Assembly: GCA_964016885.1 (NCBI GenBank)
Contig: OZ024753.1
Location: 5,270,001-5,334,000, forward strand
Length of the DNA stretch: 64,000 nucleotides
Reading direction: 5' to 3'
Source of the DNA: Eledone cirrhosa
Taxonomy: Eukaryota
The position numbers and the translations under genes are program-made. Below are positions 1-13,500 of the stretch, one piece after another (position 1 is the first letter of the stretch; each line of letters opens with the position of its first letter). The notes under the pieces are model-generated. The model did no database searches and was not told where the DNA came from. It worked only from the letters and a program-made list of their open reading frames with translations.

Positions 1-825
1 GGTGGTAGTAGTACAGGCGGTGTTAGTGGTGGTGGTGATGGTAGTGGAGGAAAAAATAGTAGTGGGGTCATTTTGGGAGAGCATGGAAACTACAGCTTTC
101 ATTAGCAGTCAAAATTAACACAAATGTAGAGAAATAGTTACACCATCCAACCATTCCACTTTCCTACCATCCAACCAACACATCATCCAACCATCCCACC
201 ATCCAACCCTCTAACCATATTACCATCCAACCATCTTACCATTCTGGTTGATACTCTTGGAACTGACACTGAGAGTTAGAGATTAAATAGAAATCATGCC
301 TGTCTCACCAAAAATTTAATCCTAGAGTCTGTTTACTTGTTTAACCAAAAGTCTGACTATTTCTGCTGCCGTTGCTACTAGTTACTGCTGAATGTTTCTA
401 CATATTATGGATTAACTTTCAAATGCTTCTAATGTTTTACAAGGGACATCATAAATACCATAACATTCTTTGGGGTACCATATCTTGCACAGCTAACAAG
501 CTAATCTCACCAAATTATTTCTTTATGTTGTGTGGAAAAACCCTGAATACCCCCACATAACTAAAAGTAGACTAGGCGAAACTCTATAAATAAGAACTAA
601 AGTGAACTGTCACGGGAACTGTGTGTATGGAGTCTCATTGTAGTCTCTTGTTGGTAGTTCAGAATTATGCCTGGTGAATACCTTGGGTTTTACTCTTGTT
701 TTGTACAGATATACAAACAGGTGTGTTACACCATCATAGCATTCTATTTTATACATTTTAGCTCTATAAATGTCAACTATGGTTTTACAAATAGTTATTT
801 CCTAAATATACATAAATGAGTGTGT

Positions 826-1100
826 ATGTGCATGATATGTAACAAAGTGTGTAGACGTAGATCCGGACTACAAAGACACATGGTGGTGCATAAAGATTGT
901 GTCCCACAGGGTGCCCCCCCCCCCCACCGGTCCTGTGGAAAGCACAACTCTCTTCTGTCACTGTGTCATAAACCATCCAGATCTACAGCTGGTCTGCAAA
1001 GTCACCTACGAAGTCATGGACATGAATGGGATGACAATGAAAAATCAATGAGACAGCAATCATCTGTGAAGACACTGCAGTCCTTATGTATGTATGTATG
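826..1100 (+). mobile_element. RTE-type LINE 3' end with two C2H2-like zinc fingers and a (TATG)n tail
   Basis: CMICNKVCRRRSGLQRHMVVH and a degenerate LCHKPSRSTAGLQSHLRSH, followed by a short UTR and microsatellite. Confidence 0.6.
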
Positions 1101-1295
1101 TAGTCATGCATGTGTATATATGTGTGTGTGTGTATGTATGTGTATATATGTGTGTATACATGTATGTATATGTGTGTGTGTGTGTATATATGTGTCTATA
1201 TATACATTTATTTCCTTCCTTGTTAATAACCTGAAAATTTTCCGTTTATTTATATATTTGAATATCCTGTTTGACAGCTATTTGATCAAATGTGT

Positions 1296-1480
1296 GTGTT
1301 GTTGTTGTTGTTGTTGTTGTTGCTGTTGTTACTGTTGCTGCTGTTGCTGTTGTTGTTACTGTTGCTATTGTTGTTGTTACTGTTGCTGCTGTTGTTGTTA
1401 CTGTTGCTGCTGTTGTTGTTACTGTTGCTGCTGTTGTTGGTGGTGGTACTGCTGCTGTTGTTACTGCTGCTTCTGTTGCT
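1296..1480. repeat. Compound (TGT/TGC/TAC) trinucleotide repeat
   Basis: Direct reading. Confidence 0.95.
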
Positions 1481-3723
1481 GTCAGTACACAAGGTGAGTT
1501 ACTGACCCATCAGATGAGCCAGGGGCCTACAACTTGATTGGGTCCTTGCACTCTACCAATTGCATTTTATCATGATACCAGAACTAGGGAGGCTGTTATG
1601 TCTTTGACACAACTGAACAGTCCTTCTAACTCTGTTTAGCAAGCTTTCTATAGCTGGATGCTCTTTTTATCACCAACCACTTTGCAGAGTGTACTGGGTA
1701 TGTTTATTACTGTGTAGATCACCAATATTTGAAGAGGTTATCATACTGTGGTCACAACTAAACAGTCCTTCTGATTTTATAAATATATACACCAGTTAAG
1801 TATCAACATATTACTATTTCAGTATGTTGTATTGCCACATTCTAACTTTTAATCAGTTTAGTTTTCATAAATCTTTTTTTTTTTTAGTTAAAAATTAAAA
1901 TCCTTACTTGAATCTTAACAAATGACTCATACCATTTGACAGATGCCAATATTTTAGTATACTTGAATTTCTTTTATAAGGGAGAAAGCTGATATTTTTT
2001 GCCAAATTTCTCACGGAGGAAATAGTTTGGAATGGTGGCCTTCGTGAATGTCTGTATCTTGTTTCTTGTAAATTGAGAGTTCTGTAAGTTACTCTGGGAA
2101 TTTTCAGCTGCAGACTGCTGTTTAATGTTCTTTCAGAAGACATCTCAAATGATATTTTTGGTAAAGGATGATAAAGCTATTTGGATTTTATACATTAATT
2201 CATTCTATATGTTAATAGATTGTTTTTTCTTTGGATTCCAGTTTTTAATTCTCAAATATCTTAAGATTTTATTTAATAAAATATTGTTAATTATTGTAAA
2301 CTTGGAAAAAGAAATTTAAAATAGTTTCCTTTCAATTTGTATGAATAGACATTGTTGTGTGGTTAAGAAGTTCTTAGTTTCAAAACTACTTGGTTTGGGG
2401 TTTGATTCTACTATACGGAACCTTGAGCAAGGGATTTTTTACTATAGTTTCGGTTTAACAAATGTGTTATGAATGAATTTGGGAGATGAAAACAGTACAG
2501 AAGCCATTGTAAGTGTGTGTGTTGTCTCCATGTGTTTCTAAATTGACATTGTTTGGGAAGTGGTGAGATTTGCTTATGTCCTACATAAATCCTTCCAAAA
2601 CCAGAACATAGAACATAGAAGTTGGTTCCCCAACTGATCAATTCTCAAACTGTGACAACCAATTCAGCTTAAACCAGCATGGAAAGTGGATATAAAATGA
2701 TGAAGATAATAATAGGCCCTGCAGCTCAGCAGTTCAATGTGTGAAGACCAGTGGCATAAAGTACCTTAACTAAAAAGAGGGGTTAGCAATGGGAAGGACA
2801 TCTGGCCATAGAATGTTGCCTCAAGAAGCTTTGTTCAATCAAAGCCAGCTTGGAAAATGATGATGATAGGTTTCAATGATAATGTCCCTTTAATTATAAT
2901 GTCAACACTACTATCAACAGTATTATTCACACACCCCTCCTCCAATATTATTCATAGAATAGTCACAGTGATATATTTACACCATTCACCATCACATTTA
3001 CTATCACAACAGCCATCAGAACTTCGGACGTGCACCGTGGCATATAATTATGGTCTGAGTTCAAATCATACCAGAGTTAGCCTTGCCTTTCATCCTTATG
3101 GGGTCAATAAAATAAAGTACCAGTAATGCACTGGGGTCAATTTAATCGACTTTCCCTTTCCCAAAAATTGTTTGCCTTGTACCTAAATCAGAAACCATTA
3201 TTTCACAGTATCAGTAGAGGGTTGGACGCCATGCTTTCCAGCATAGTTACGTCCCTTTACAATCTGAGTTCAAATCCCGCCGAGGTTGACTTTGCCTTTC
3301 ATCCTTACGGGGTTGATAAAATAAAGTACCAGTAATGCACTGGGTAATTGTTGGCCTTGTGCCTAAAGTAGAAACAATTATTTCATCTTCCTCAACTACT
3401 TGCCACTTTAACTATTTTAAAGAACAACCCAGTTGAGAATTCTAAGAGACCAGAGAAAGAACACTTTAAGCAGTAAATAATATATCAGAAGATACTGTGA
3501 CACTTTAAAAAAAGTGATGAAACAGAAAATCCCCTAGAGAGAGATTCCAGAATATATTTCAAGGAAGTAACTGAAGACAACAGAGGAATGGTAGAAAGCC
3601 TAAAAAACAAAAAATTAAATAAAATATATATATAAAACTAAAAAAACAACTGTTATCACATAAAGTCCACTTGAAAAAAATGTTTGACAGAACACACACA
3701 CACATAAATATATATATATATAC

Positions 3724-3768
<45 letters not shown>

Positions 3769-4129
3769 TATACATACACATACACACACACATCACATAT
3801 ACACACATACTCACACACATACACATACATAAACATCTATACACACACACATACACATGCACACACAAACATATACACACATATACACACATATACATGA
3901 CACACACACACATATACACTCATACACACACATGCACACGCACAACCACTGCTAATGAGACCAATCTTGTTTTCTTCAACCACAGAAAGACACAATCACT
4001 GAATATATGAAGAAAGTCTCCACACACCACCTCCTCCTCCTCGACAAAATATGAACAGCATGCAACTAGAAATTCCTCAGTTACTTCAGATACTAGGTTT
4101 TACTATCACTGAGTATCTTCCCTGTAAAC

Positions 4130-4425
4130 CAGAGGTCCTCAACCACTAGACCGCAGACCGGTATCGGTCTGTGGATCATTTGCTACTGGGCCACAAAGAA
4201 ATAATTAACTTGTTTAAAATTATATAATAGATAAATTGAATATTGGACTTTCATTTTAAAAGATTTGTTTAATTATACACTTTTTCTTCCATTTCATAAA
4301 TTGCTCTTATTATTGCTCTCTTTATCAAAATGCTCTTAAATAACACATATGTGCAACTACCGATCCACGGAAAGATTGTCCAACATGAAACCTGTCCATG
4401 GTATAAAAAAGGTCAGAGACCACTG
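4130..4425. mobile_element. hAT-Charlie-type non-autonomous element with MER1-like termini
   Basis: CAGAGGTCCTCAACC...GACCGGTATCGGTCTGTGG and GAAACCTGTCCATGGTATAAAAAAGGTCAGAGACCACTG; flanks ctgtaaac / ttctagac. Confidence 0.75.
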
Positions 4426-5527
4426 TTCTAGACCACATCTTATTGGCCTACTTTGCTATACACACAGACATTCTAGAGCACATCTAATTGGGCTACTCTG
4501 TTACACACACAGTCATTCTAGACCATGTCTGATTGGCATGATATTGCAGACTCCACATTGACCATTATTCTCAGTTCTTCCTCTCCAGAATATTAACCCT
4601 GTGAAATTCCTTCCTTGCTCAAGAACTGTTCAAGAAGAATATTAACAGCATAAATTTCCCCGTTGCTGGAGATCTTACAGAAGCTTTCCTACAAATAGAT
4701 AAAACAAAGCTATGTACCTGATGTAGTAAGGCGGCGAATTGGCAGAGTCATTAGAATGTCGGATAGAATGCTTTATGGTATTCATTCCAGCTCTCTGCTC
4801 TCGGAGTTCAAATCCTACTGAGGTCAACTTTGTCTTTCATCGTTTTCAGGTAGATAAAAAAAAGTACCAGTCTAGTACTGGGGTCGATTCTTCCTCTATA
4901 TCTCTTTCTCATTTTCTCTCACTTTCTATCTTTCTCTGGAAGAAATTTGTTGTACTCTGGCCTGGAGAGGGATGGGCTCCACCAGGCTTTTAATGCCCAA
5001 TAAACGCTATATACCAATGTGGCGGCCCCTATAGCTCTATCTGGAGTTACAGGACCATACATACCTGATGTAGTGAATGTTGGGATAATTCTGTCTATTG
5101 AAAGGGTTAACATAGCTATTGAAATTCCTCCTGGTTACCAATGCTTCACATTCCATGCAACTATTCTATATAATTGGTCTTCATTGTATCACATCTATGT
5201 TCTAAAACTAACTAGTATGTAAACAATGTCATTGTTGTTTTCTTTCATTGTTTCTTCCTCTTGTTGTACCACCTTTTGTGTTTTGTTTCATTTTTCAACA
5301 TTCATCCTGTTGAACAAACCCAAATATTTCTAAAATTGAGGAGTTATGTTTTTAAAATATTGTGTTACATTCTTCATTTCTGCTGCTTGGTTGGTCAGTA
5401 TCAGTATTTTGGGGGGGTTTGTTGTTGGTGTTGTTGTTGTGGGCATGTTCCAGTTTGTTTTAAATGTTTTAAGAAACAGTTTGAACAAAATTACTGAGAT
5501 AGCTGTGTTCCAGTTTAAGTAGTTTAA

Positions 5528-5735
5528 CCCTTTAGCATTTAAACTAGCCATATCCAACCAGAATTCTCTCACTTGTTTCTGTTCAAACTGGCTGTAACTG
5601 GCTGCTCATACCAATGTTAAGGTATTATTCTCAAAATAAATAATATCATAATCTCATAGCTTTGATATTATGTGAGATAAAGCCTTTACCATGAAAATAC
5701 AATAGTAAATATACAGTAATGTAAATGCTAAGGGG
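5528..5735. mobile_element. piggyBac-type MITE (~210 bp), representative of about 10 copies
   Basis: TTAA|CCCTTTAGCATT...AATGCTAAGGGG|TTAA; other copies at about 15961, 18252, 23762, 27416-27636, 28862, 29235, 30248, 30448-30624 and 32011. Confidence 0.88.
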
Positions 5736-6282
5736 TTAAACTCTGCTCGAATCAACTTAGCCTGATGTCAATAAATGATGTCCCAGTAATAAACTGGAGC
5801 TAATTAATATCCACTTTACATAAAAATGTGACTCTGTCTGTGTGTCTCCCTCTCCCTCTCATTGACAATTTGAAAGGAAATGTTAGGATATCAAAGGAAA
5901 CTTTGAATTTCCTCATCATTATCACCGTTTTACATCCATTTTCCACACTAGCATGGGTTAGACGAGTTGTCCTGTTGTGGGTAATGCTAGGTCAGGTGAC
6001 CATGTATGCTGATACCCATCTTTTTTCTGTTCAGTGGCTTTATATGCCCCATTATTAGACTATTATTTAATCGAAATCAGGGTCAACTTTGCCTTTTATC
6101 CCTTTGAGGTCGATAAAAAAAAGCACCAGTCCAGTACTGGAGTGGATTCTTCCTCTCTGGAAGAAATCTGCTGTACTCAGGCCTAGAGAGGGGTGGGCTC
6201 CACCAGTCTTAAAATCCCCACGAAACACAATACTGCAGCCCTACAGCTGTATCAGGAGTTACAGGACCATACAAATACAATG

Positions 6283-6325
<43 letters not shown>

Positions 6326-6372
6326 GAGAGAGAGGGACTGATTGGGTTAATTATTTGTTTATTACTTATATA

Positions 6373-6439
<67 letters not shown>

Positions 6440-6522
6440 TATATATATATATATATATATGTATATATTATATATATATATATATGTATATATTATATAT
6501 ATATATATATATATGTATATAT

Positions 6523-6584
<62 letters not shown>

Positions 6585-7339
6585 GAGAGAGAGAGAGGGG
6601 GACTGATTGGGTTAATTATTTGTTTATTACTTCATGACTAATTACGTGTGTGTTTGTGTGTCTATGTATGTGTCTGTGTGTATGTTGACTAATTCCACTG
6701 TGGATGCTGGTTCTGCTGCTGTCACCATGTTTTGGCATGGCTAGTGCTACTACTACTGCTGCTGCCTCTACTATACTACTACTACTACCACTGCTTCTAC
6801 TACTGTTGCTGATGCTGATGCTACAATATTGTTATTGGTACTACTATTACTACTATTGTACATAATATGAGATGCAAGCTTATTATGAGAGAGAGAGAGT
6901 GAGTGTATGAGAGAGATTGTGTGTGTGTGTGAGAGAGAGAGATAGAGAGAGAATGTGTGTGTGTATATATGTTGTGGTGTTTGCTAGCTATGTAGAATGT
7001 CAGTTTACATGGATGGCTCTCATACCAGAACCCAATCTAACATCGAACTAGTCTCCCTACCCTACCCCCCCCCCCCTCTCTCTCTCTAGGCCATTAACTC
7101 CACATTTCAAGCACTGACGGCTTCCTTTAGGATTCCTCATGTTTAACTTTTCATCTAGTTTCTAATTCAAACATTTCTCTCGGCTATGGGCTGGGGTGGA
7201 GGAGGAGGAGAGGGGTGGTGGAATGAAACCGGATTCCAACATACATAACTTTTGTATGTTGTTGTATGGCGGAGAAAACGGAAAATTCTCGACCAGTTTC
7301 TGTCTCCTCTGAGCCATATTTAAAAAAAAAAGGAAATCC

Positions 7340-7570
7340 ATTGACAAGTAAGCAACCCCTGCTGACGTCAAATCCCCACCAGAGCATATGGGATGCCATC
7401 CAGTGCAGCCTGGCCTCGGACAGACTAGTGCGCCAGCTCGACCAGCACCACCTCACATGTTTTCGCTCGGCCTTGTAGCTCCACAGCAGTTCCTGGCTCA
7501 ATGCCTTACCTTCCTTTTCAAATGGAACGCAGCTGGATAATGGTAGCCTGTGCATCAGGGTTTCCTGAGA
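7340..7570 (+). mobile_element. Possible CRE-clade non-LTR retrotransposon fragment
   Basis: QSIWDAIQ...LVRQLDQHHLTCFRSAL*LHSSSWLNALPSFSNGTQLDNGSLCIRV resembles the CRE post-RT pattern (Q..WD...R......SG.WL.A.P....G..L); GC-richer than its flanks. Confidence 0.5.
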
Positions 7571-8857
7571 TGTAGTGACACAGAAGTGGGCATGGAGTTG
7601 AGTGGTGTGGTTTCTAGTCTTTTACAGTTGACAATCCTTGTTTGCCATTCCTCCACTCCTTGTTGAGAAAATCGGTCTCCTTCCAATTATTCTTTCAGTG
7701 TTTCCATCACTGTTGGTTTGGGTTGACTTGTTTTACTAGCAGAGGGAGGGAGGGAGAGAGATTTAGTGAGAGAAATAAAGGGAGATATGTAGAAATGATA
7801 GAGAGTGAGGGAGAGAAAGAGAGAGTGTGTGTGCGTGTGAGTGAGAGAGAGGGAGATTTAGTAAGAGAAACAAAAGGGAGATATGTGATGAAGAAAGAGT
7901 TGAACTAAAGAAGAGAGGGTGAAAGAATTTGTGTTTTTATAGAAGAGTAATAATTTCTCTACGTGGTGCCAGTCAATGTTTATTATAGCTGTTTTCCTCT
8001 CAAATACATCCATTTACTCATAACTTCCTAAATAGTTATTGGATATTTTCAAGAATTGAGCTCAATCAACACGAGTATTAGATTTCAGCTGTAGGAAATT
8101 AATATATATTTCTCACGAACTCTTTACATTTTTCTAAGGCAAACATATTTGCTGAGTTTCTAATCAATGTATGAATTTTAAAACCTCATTCCCAGCCTAT
8201 GTAAGCTCCTAGACGCAATAACATAAATTTATATATATATAAAATGCCATCGTTGAAAATCTATCCTCATTTATTTTATTTTATTTTATCATATATTATT
8301 TTATTTGTCTTATTTATTTATTTATTTATTTGCTTATTTATTTGTTTGTTTATTCCAGTTTTAAAATAGTTTTTATATTTGTTTCTACTCTTGGCACAAG
8401 GCCAGCAATTAACGCAGTGCATTACTGGTGTTTATTTTATCGACCCCATAAGGATGAAAGGCAAAGCTAACCTCAGTGGGATTTGAAATCAGAACGTAAA
8501 GGGCCATAATTCTATGCTGCAAAGCATGGTGCCTGATGCTATACTGATACTATAATAATAATTGTTTCTACTTTAGGCACAAGGCCAGCAATTACCCAGT
8601 GTCTTACTGGTACTTTATTTTATCGACCCCGTAAGGATAAAAAGCAAAGTCAACCTCGGCGGGATTTGAACTCAGATCGTAAAGGGACGTAACTATGCTG
8701 GAAAGCATGGCGTCCGACCCTCTACCGATACTACCAATCCACCAATAATGAAATTATTGTATACAGTGCTCAGTTGCACTACAATCAGAAAGTGACCGAT
8801 CATATATAAACAGTTCAAAGAAGTAAAAAATATCTGATCACTTTTATTATGTTAACC

Positions 8858-10551
8858 CAGAGGTTCTCAAAGTAGGCACTACTGCCCTGGGGGGAGCATT
8901 GAGAAGGTCCAGGGGGCACTGGGGCTTAAAGTGGTGGTGGTGGTGATTATGATGATGATGGTGGTGGTGGTTATGATGATGGTGGAAGTGGTGGTTATGA
9001 TTTTGATGTTGGTGGTGGCTGTGGCCGAGGTGGTGGGGAACCATGAAAAGTATTCAATACAGTCATGTCAAACAACAACAGATGGCAAATGAATTAACTG
9101 AACATTTTGCAATGGATCAACCTAATTTATCTGATTTGAATCCCAGCCCTTCAGGGGCTGCTGAGCCTTATCTTTCATTTCTATCAAATTGTTATGTCTA
9201 CCTATTTGTTCCTAAATTAAAAAAAAACAACAACCCCAAAAACTTTTGCAATGTCTTAAAGAGATATTCCACAGTAAAACACCAAAGTAAGAATCAACAT
9301 AACAAGTTAATCTACTAGCAAATACTACACTAATTAATTGTTTCTATTTTGGGCACAAAGCCAGCAATTACCCCAGTGCATTACTGGTGCTTTATTTTAT
9401 CAAAGTTAACCTCGACAGGATTTGAACACAGACCGTGAAGGGGCGTAACTCTATGCTGCAAAGCATGGCATCCGACCCTCTACCGATACTGCCAATCCAC
9501 CGCCCTAAATAATAATACCAAACTATGACAGGTGTTTTAGAGTAATTTATAAACAAAAAGTCAACAGAGATTTAATAAACATTTTCATGAAAACATTGAT
9601 ATAAATTTACTTGAAATTATCAATAAAAACCATCAAGTATGTCAAAGAGGAGTTTAGTTAGAATTCCAGGAATAGAAATACCAAACTAGGACTGAAAGTC
9701 AATTATATTCAAAGTTTACTCTATAAATACATCATCTAAACAATTTTATAATTTATAAACAGAGCAGAGTCTAAGAGAAATTAGGAATGTCAGTCGAGGC
9801 AACCAGATAAGATACTGAACACTGAGAGAGCCGAGGAAGTATGTTGAATATTATAGGTAAAATGTGTGAATAGGTAAAAAGTTAGACCACACTTAGAATC
9901 AACTGTCAAAGTATACAGTCTAAATAATTGTTTCTACTTTAGGCACAAGGCCAGCAATTACCCAGTGCATTACTGGTACTTTATTTTATCGACCCCGTAA
10001 GGATGAAAGGCTAAGTCAACCTCGGAGGGATTTAAACTCAGATCGTAAAGGGATGTAACTATGCTGGAAAGCATGGTGTCTGACCCTCTACCGATACTGC
10101 CAATAATGATTTCTATTATAGGCACAAGGTCAGCAGTTTTGGGGAAAGGAAAGTAGATTAAATCGATCCCAGTGCATGACTGGTACTTTATTTTATCAAT
10201 CCCATAAGAATGAGAGGCAAAGCCAACCCCAGCGGGATTTGATCACAGAACAGAAAGCGCCATAACTGTCTGCTGCCAATCCACTGGTGGTGGTGGTGGG
10301 GTGGGGGGGGGGGGGGGGGGGGTGATGATACATACTATATATAAATATAGCAGAATAAAAAATATATAATATTTATTTATACATAGCATAAATTATATTA
10401 TTTATTATATATAAATTAATGATTTTATTTACTGTATATTATTTACAATTTGCATGAAGTCAGATTTCTCTGGAAATAGGGTTAGGGGGGGTGCTAAGGG
10501 TATTACGAGGCCGTGAGGCAGGCAGTGGCCCAAAAGGTTTGAGAACCTCTG
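8858..10551. mobile_element. hAT-type non-autonomous element with nested SINEs
   Basis: TIRs CAGAGGTTCTCAAA / TTTGAGAACCTCTG; near-TSD atgttaac/atgttaat; subterminals homologous to 26344-27075. Confidence 0.8.
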
Positions 10552-13500
10552 ATGTTAATAGAGATTAGCTTTTTTCTAATAAAGGCACAGATTTAAATGA
10601 AATTAGAGAAATTTGTTGTTTAAAATTGTCTATAAAATAAAAAAAATAAAGAAATCACCGTCCTTAACTCAATAAAATGCTATTCTTTATATAGAAATGT
10701 AGTAAATTCTACTAAATTTCTATAGAAATGTAGTAAATTCTACTACATTTCTATAGAAGTGTTATAAATTCTACTAAATTCTACTTAAATAGTTGCAGAA
10801 GATAATTTATTATATTGCACAAACTTTTTTTTTTTTTATCTTTAGATAAGGCACACAATTATTTATTTAATAATCCCTTGAGGTTTCTCTTTTTTTAAGT
10901 TACTTAGTCACCGGTCAAAATGTTTGACAGCTGGGCCAAGTATTTTGGAATTGATATCCCAATCATTAGTATAATTGGACTTTCTTTTTCAACCAGTAAG
11001 TACTTAAATCAATTGACTATTAAAAAAGAAAAAGAAAACCTTAGATGAGGTAACTAAGTTTACAAAATGGATCTTAATATGTTTCAAAAACAACAGATTT
11101 GTCATAAAACATATAGTATTGGTTTCACCATCATTAATTTGGAATATTAGTTCTCCCTAGGAAGGTAATGGGCAATTCTTTCTGAAAAAAAAAAAAATTG
11201 TACAATTAATTAGATTATTATAAGTTGTGAAATGTGAGTATGGGTAACATTGGGGAATAATTAAATGAAGCTAGCACTGAAAGGTTCTAACATCAGATGT
11301 CAGCATGGCTTGGCCTCTCTTGTACTAACCTCAATTTGTTGCTAAACAGCCTTCTGGTGATGTTGAAAAGGAGGGACTTTATAAAAATTTATTAAAGAGC
11401 ACAAAATTATTTCTCATATTTTACAGAATATAATTTCTTTCTTATACAAGGTGCAGACATAGCTAATTATTTAAGAAGTTTGCTTTGCAACCACATGGTT
11501 TCAGGGTCAATCCCACTGTGCAGCACCTTGACTAAATGTCTTCTACTATAGCCTCAGACAAACCACTGCCTTGTGAGTGAATTTTGTACATGGAAACTGT
11601 GTGGAAGCCTGTTATCATCAACATCATTTAACATCCATGTTTCCACGCTATCATGGGTTAGACAAGTTGTCCTGTTGTTAGTAAAGCCAGATCAGATGAC
11701 CACGTCTTGCTTATATATACAGAACTGTTTCTGGCTTGGTTTCTATGGCTGGATGCCCTTCCTAACACCAACAACTTTTACGTGTACTGTAATGACCACT
11801 TTACAGTGTGGGCTAGGCACATTTTGTCATGACACCTACACAACCACTTTACAGTGTGGATTAGAGAGGTAGATCTAGGGTAGGGGACTTATCCGGTGAA
11901 GGGTGGGGGGTAGGGACATATATGTGTGTGTTCTTGTATCTTCATTTTGACACCGTTTAAATCAACCAGTAACATTTTTGTTTAAATCCACCAAAACAAT
12001 ATGTCCTGCAGCTCAGTTGTACGACAGAAGTCATCCTGCAAGTCAGTGGTTCAACAGAGTTGATCAGTATATACAATACTTTGAAGTAAAATATGAGCTG
12101 GTGTCAAAAAAGATCTGGTTGTAGAGAAACTGCTTCAAAAAGTTCTGTCCAACCCATGCAAGGAAAAGCAGACATAAAAAAGATGATGATGATGATTATA
12201 GTTCTTTCTTTATTGCCCTCAGTTTACTAAACCAAGGACCAACCAGCTCAGTTTTGACTTTTGTCAGTTATTGCAGTAGCTTATCATGTCAGTTTTTCTA
12301 AAAAGTGTGTCTGTGTAATAAAAGAAAAAAAAGTGTTCCAAAAATCTTTCAGAAGATATGAGAAATCCTGTAGAAAGGTGCAGGAAACTGTATGTTATTA
12401 TCTGATAAGCCCAATGACTTGTCTCCTCTGTACTGTGTGTGGCAATATTAGGGCCTGCTGGCCTTTGCTGGCTCCATTAGGGCTTTATTTGGAATATCTC
12501 AATACAAACTATACTATTTATTTACTATGACTTCACCTGATGCTGGTTGCCTGGCAACAGTGAGCAAGCTTGTGTCAAAATACAGGTGGCTCCACTTATC
12601 TTGCATCTTGCAACAACAGACCTATATGTTTGAAAGTGGCTCAGACTTCTCAACATTGGTTTCTTTTTAAAGAATTTTCACTCCATCATCTTTAAATCGT
12701 CCCTCACTTCAAAAGACTGTAAACTATTCTATTTTCAGTCAGTTCTTTAATCTTTAAAGTTGAAGTCATTCATTAGTATAGATTTTTATCAAAACTTCAT
12801 CTTGACAACTGAATATTTCCAGTTTACTAAAATATTTGTTGAAAAAGATTTTTTTTCCCTTATATATTCTCTCTTTTATTCTTTATTTTTCAATCTATAT
12901 ATAAATTTCTGCGACTGTCCCAACACGTAAACAGAGAGGAGTAGTTTGACTACCTCATACTACTCCTCTCTCTTTACGTCTGCTGCCTGCTTGAAGGTAT
13001 GTGTGTGTAAATAGGAAGGCGGAGGGGGGAGGGGGGGGGGGGGGGGGTGAAAAAATAATACCAAAATAGTGGCTGGCATTCCATTTGTTATGCTGTGTAT
13101 GTGTTTGTGTCAATGTATGTGTGTGTTTATGTGAATGTATGTCTAAGTGTGTATTTTTGTAAGTGCGTCTGTATTTTTATATTTATATACTCATACATAT
13201 AAATGTATGCATATGCACATACACACATACACATCAGCATGTTGAAAGAAATCCTAGTATCATCAAAAATATAGATGGAGACTAAATAGAGTAATTAAAG
13301 TAGTTAATATAATTTTTCTTGGACTTAAAGGCACCCCTCCCCACTCAAAATAGTAATTTCCCATATAGATGCAAAGTCATAGTATTTGGGTGAAGAAGTT
13401 AGTCAATTTAATTGACCTCTGCATTCATTGCTACTTTATTTTTGGGATCACCCCCTTGGAAGGATGAAAGACAAAGTTGACCTTGGCTAGTCTTCACCTC

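Noticed and set aside
709-720. Possible 12-nt microexon (ttgtacag ATATACAAACAG gtgtgt) of the + strand gene
   Set aside because: Weak donor and no way to link its phase or homology without RNA data.
820-1537. ORFs with poly-Cys/Leu/Val and a possible zinc-finger gene
   Set aside because: Trinucleotide-repeat artefacts. The C2H2-like part looks like a retroelement 3' end, with a degenerate second finger and no TGEKP linkers.
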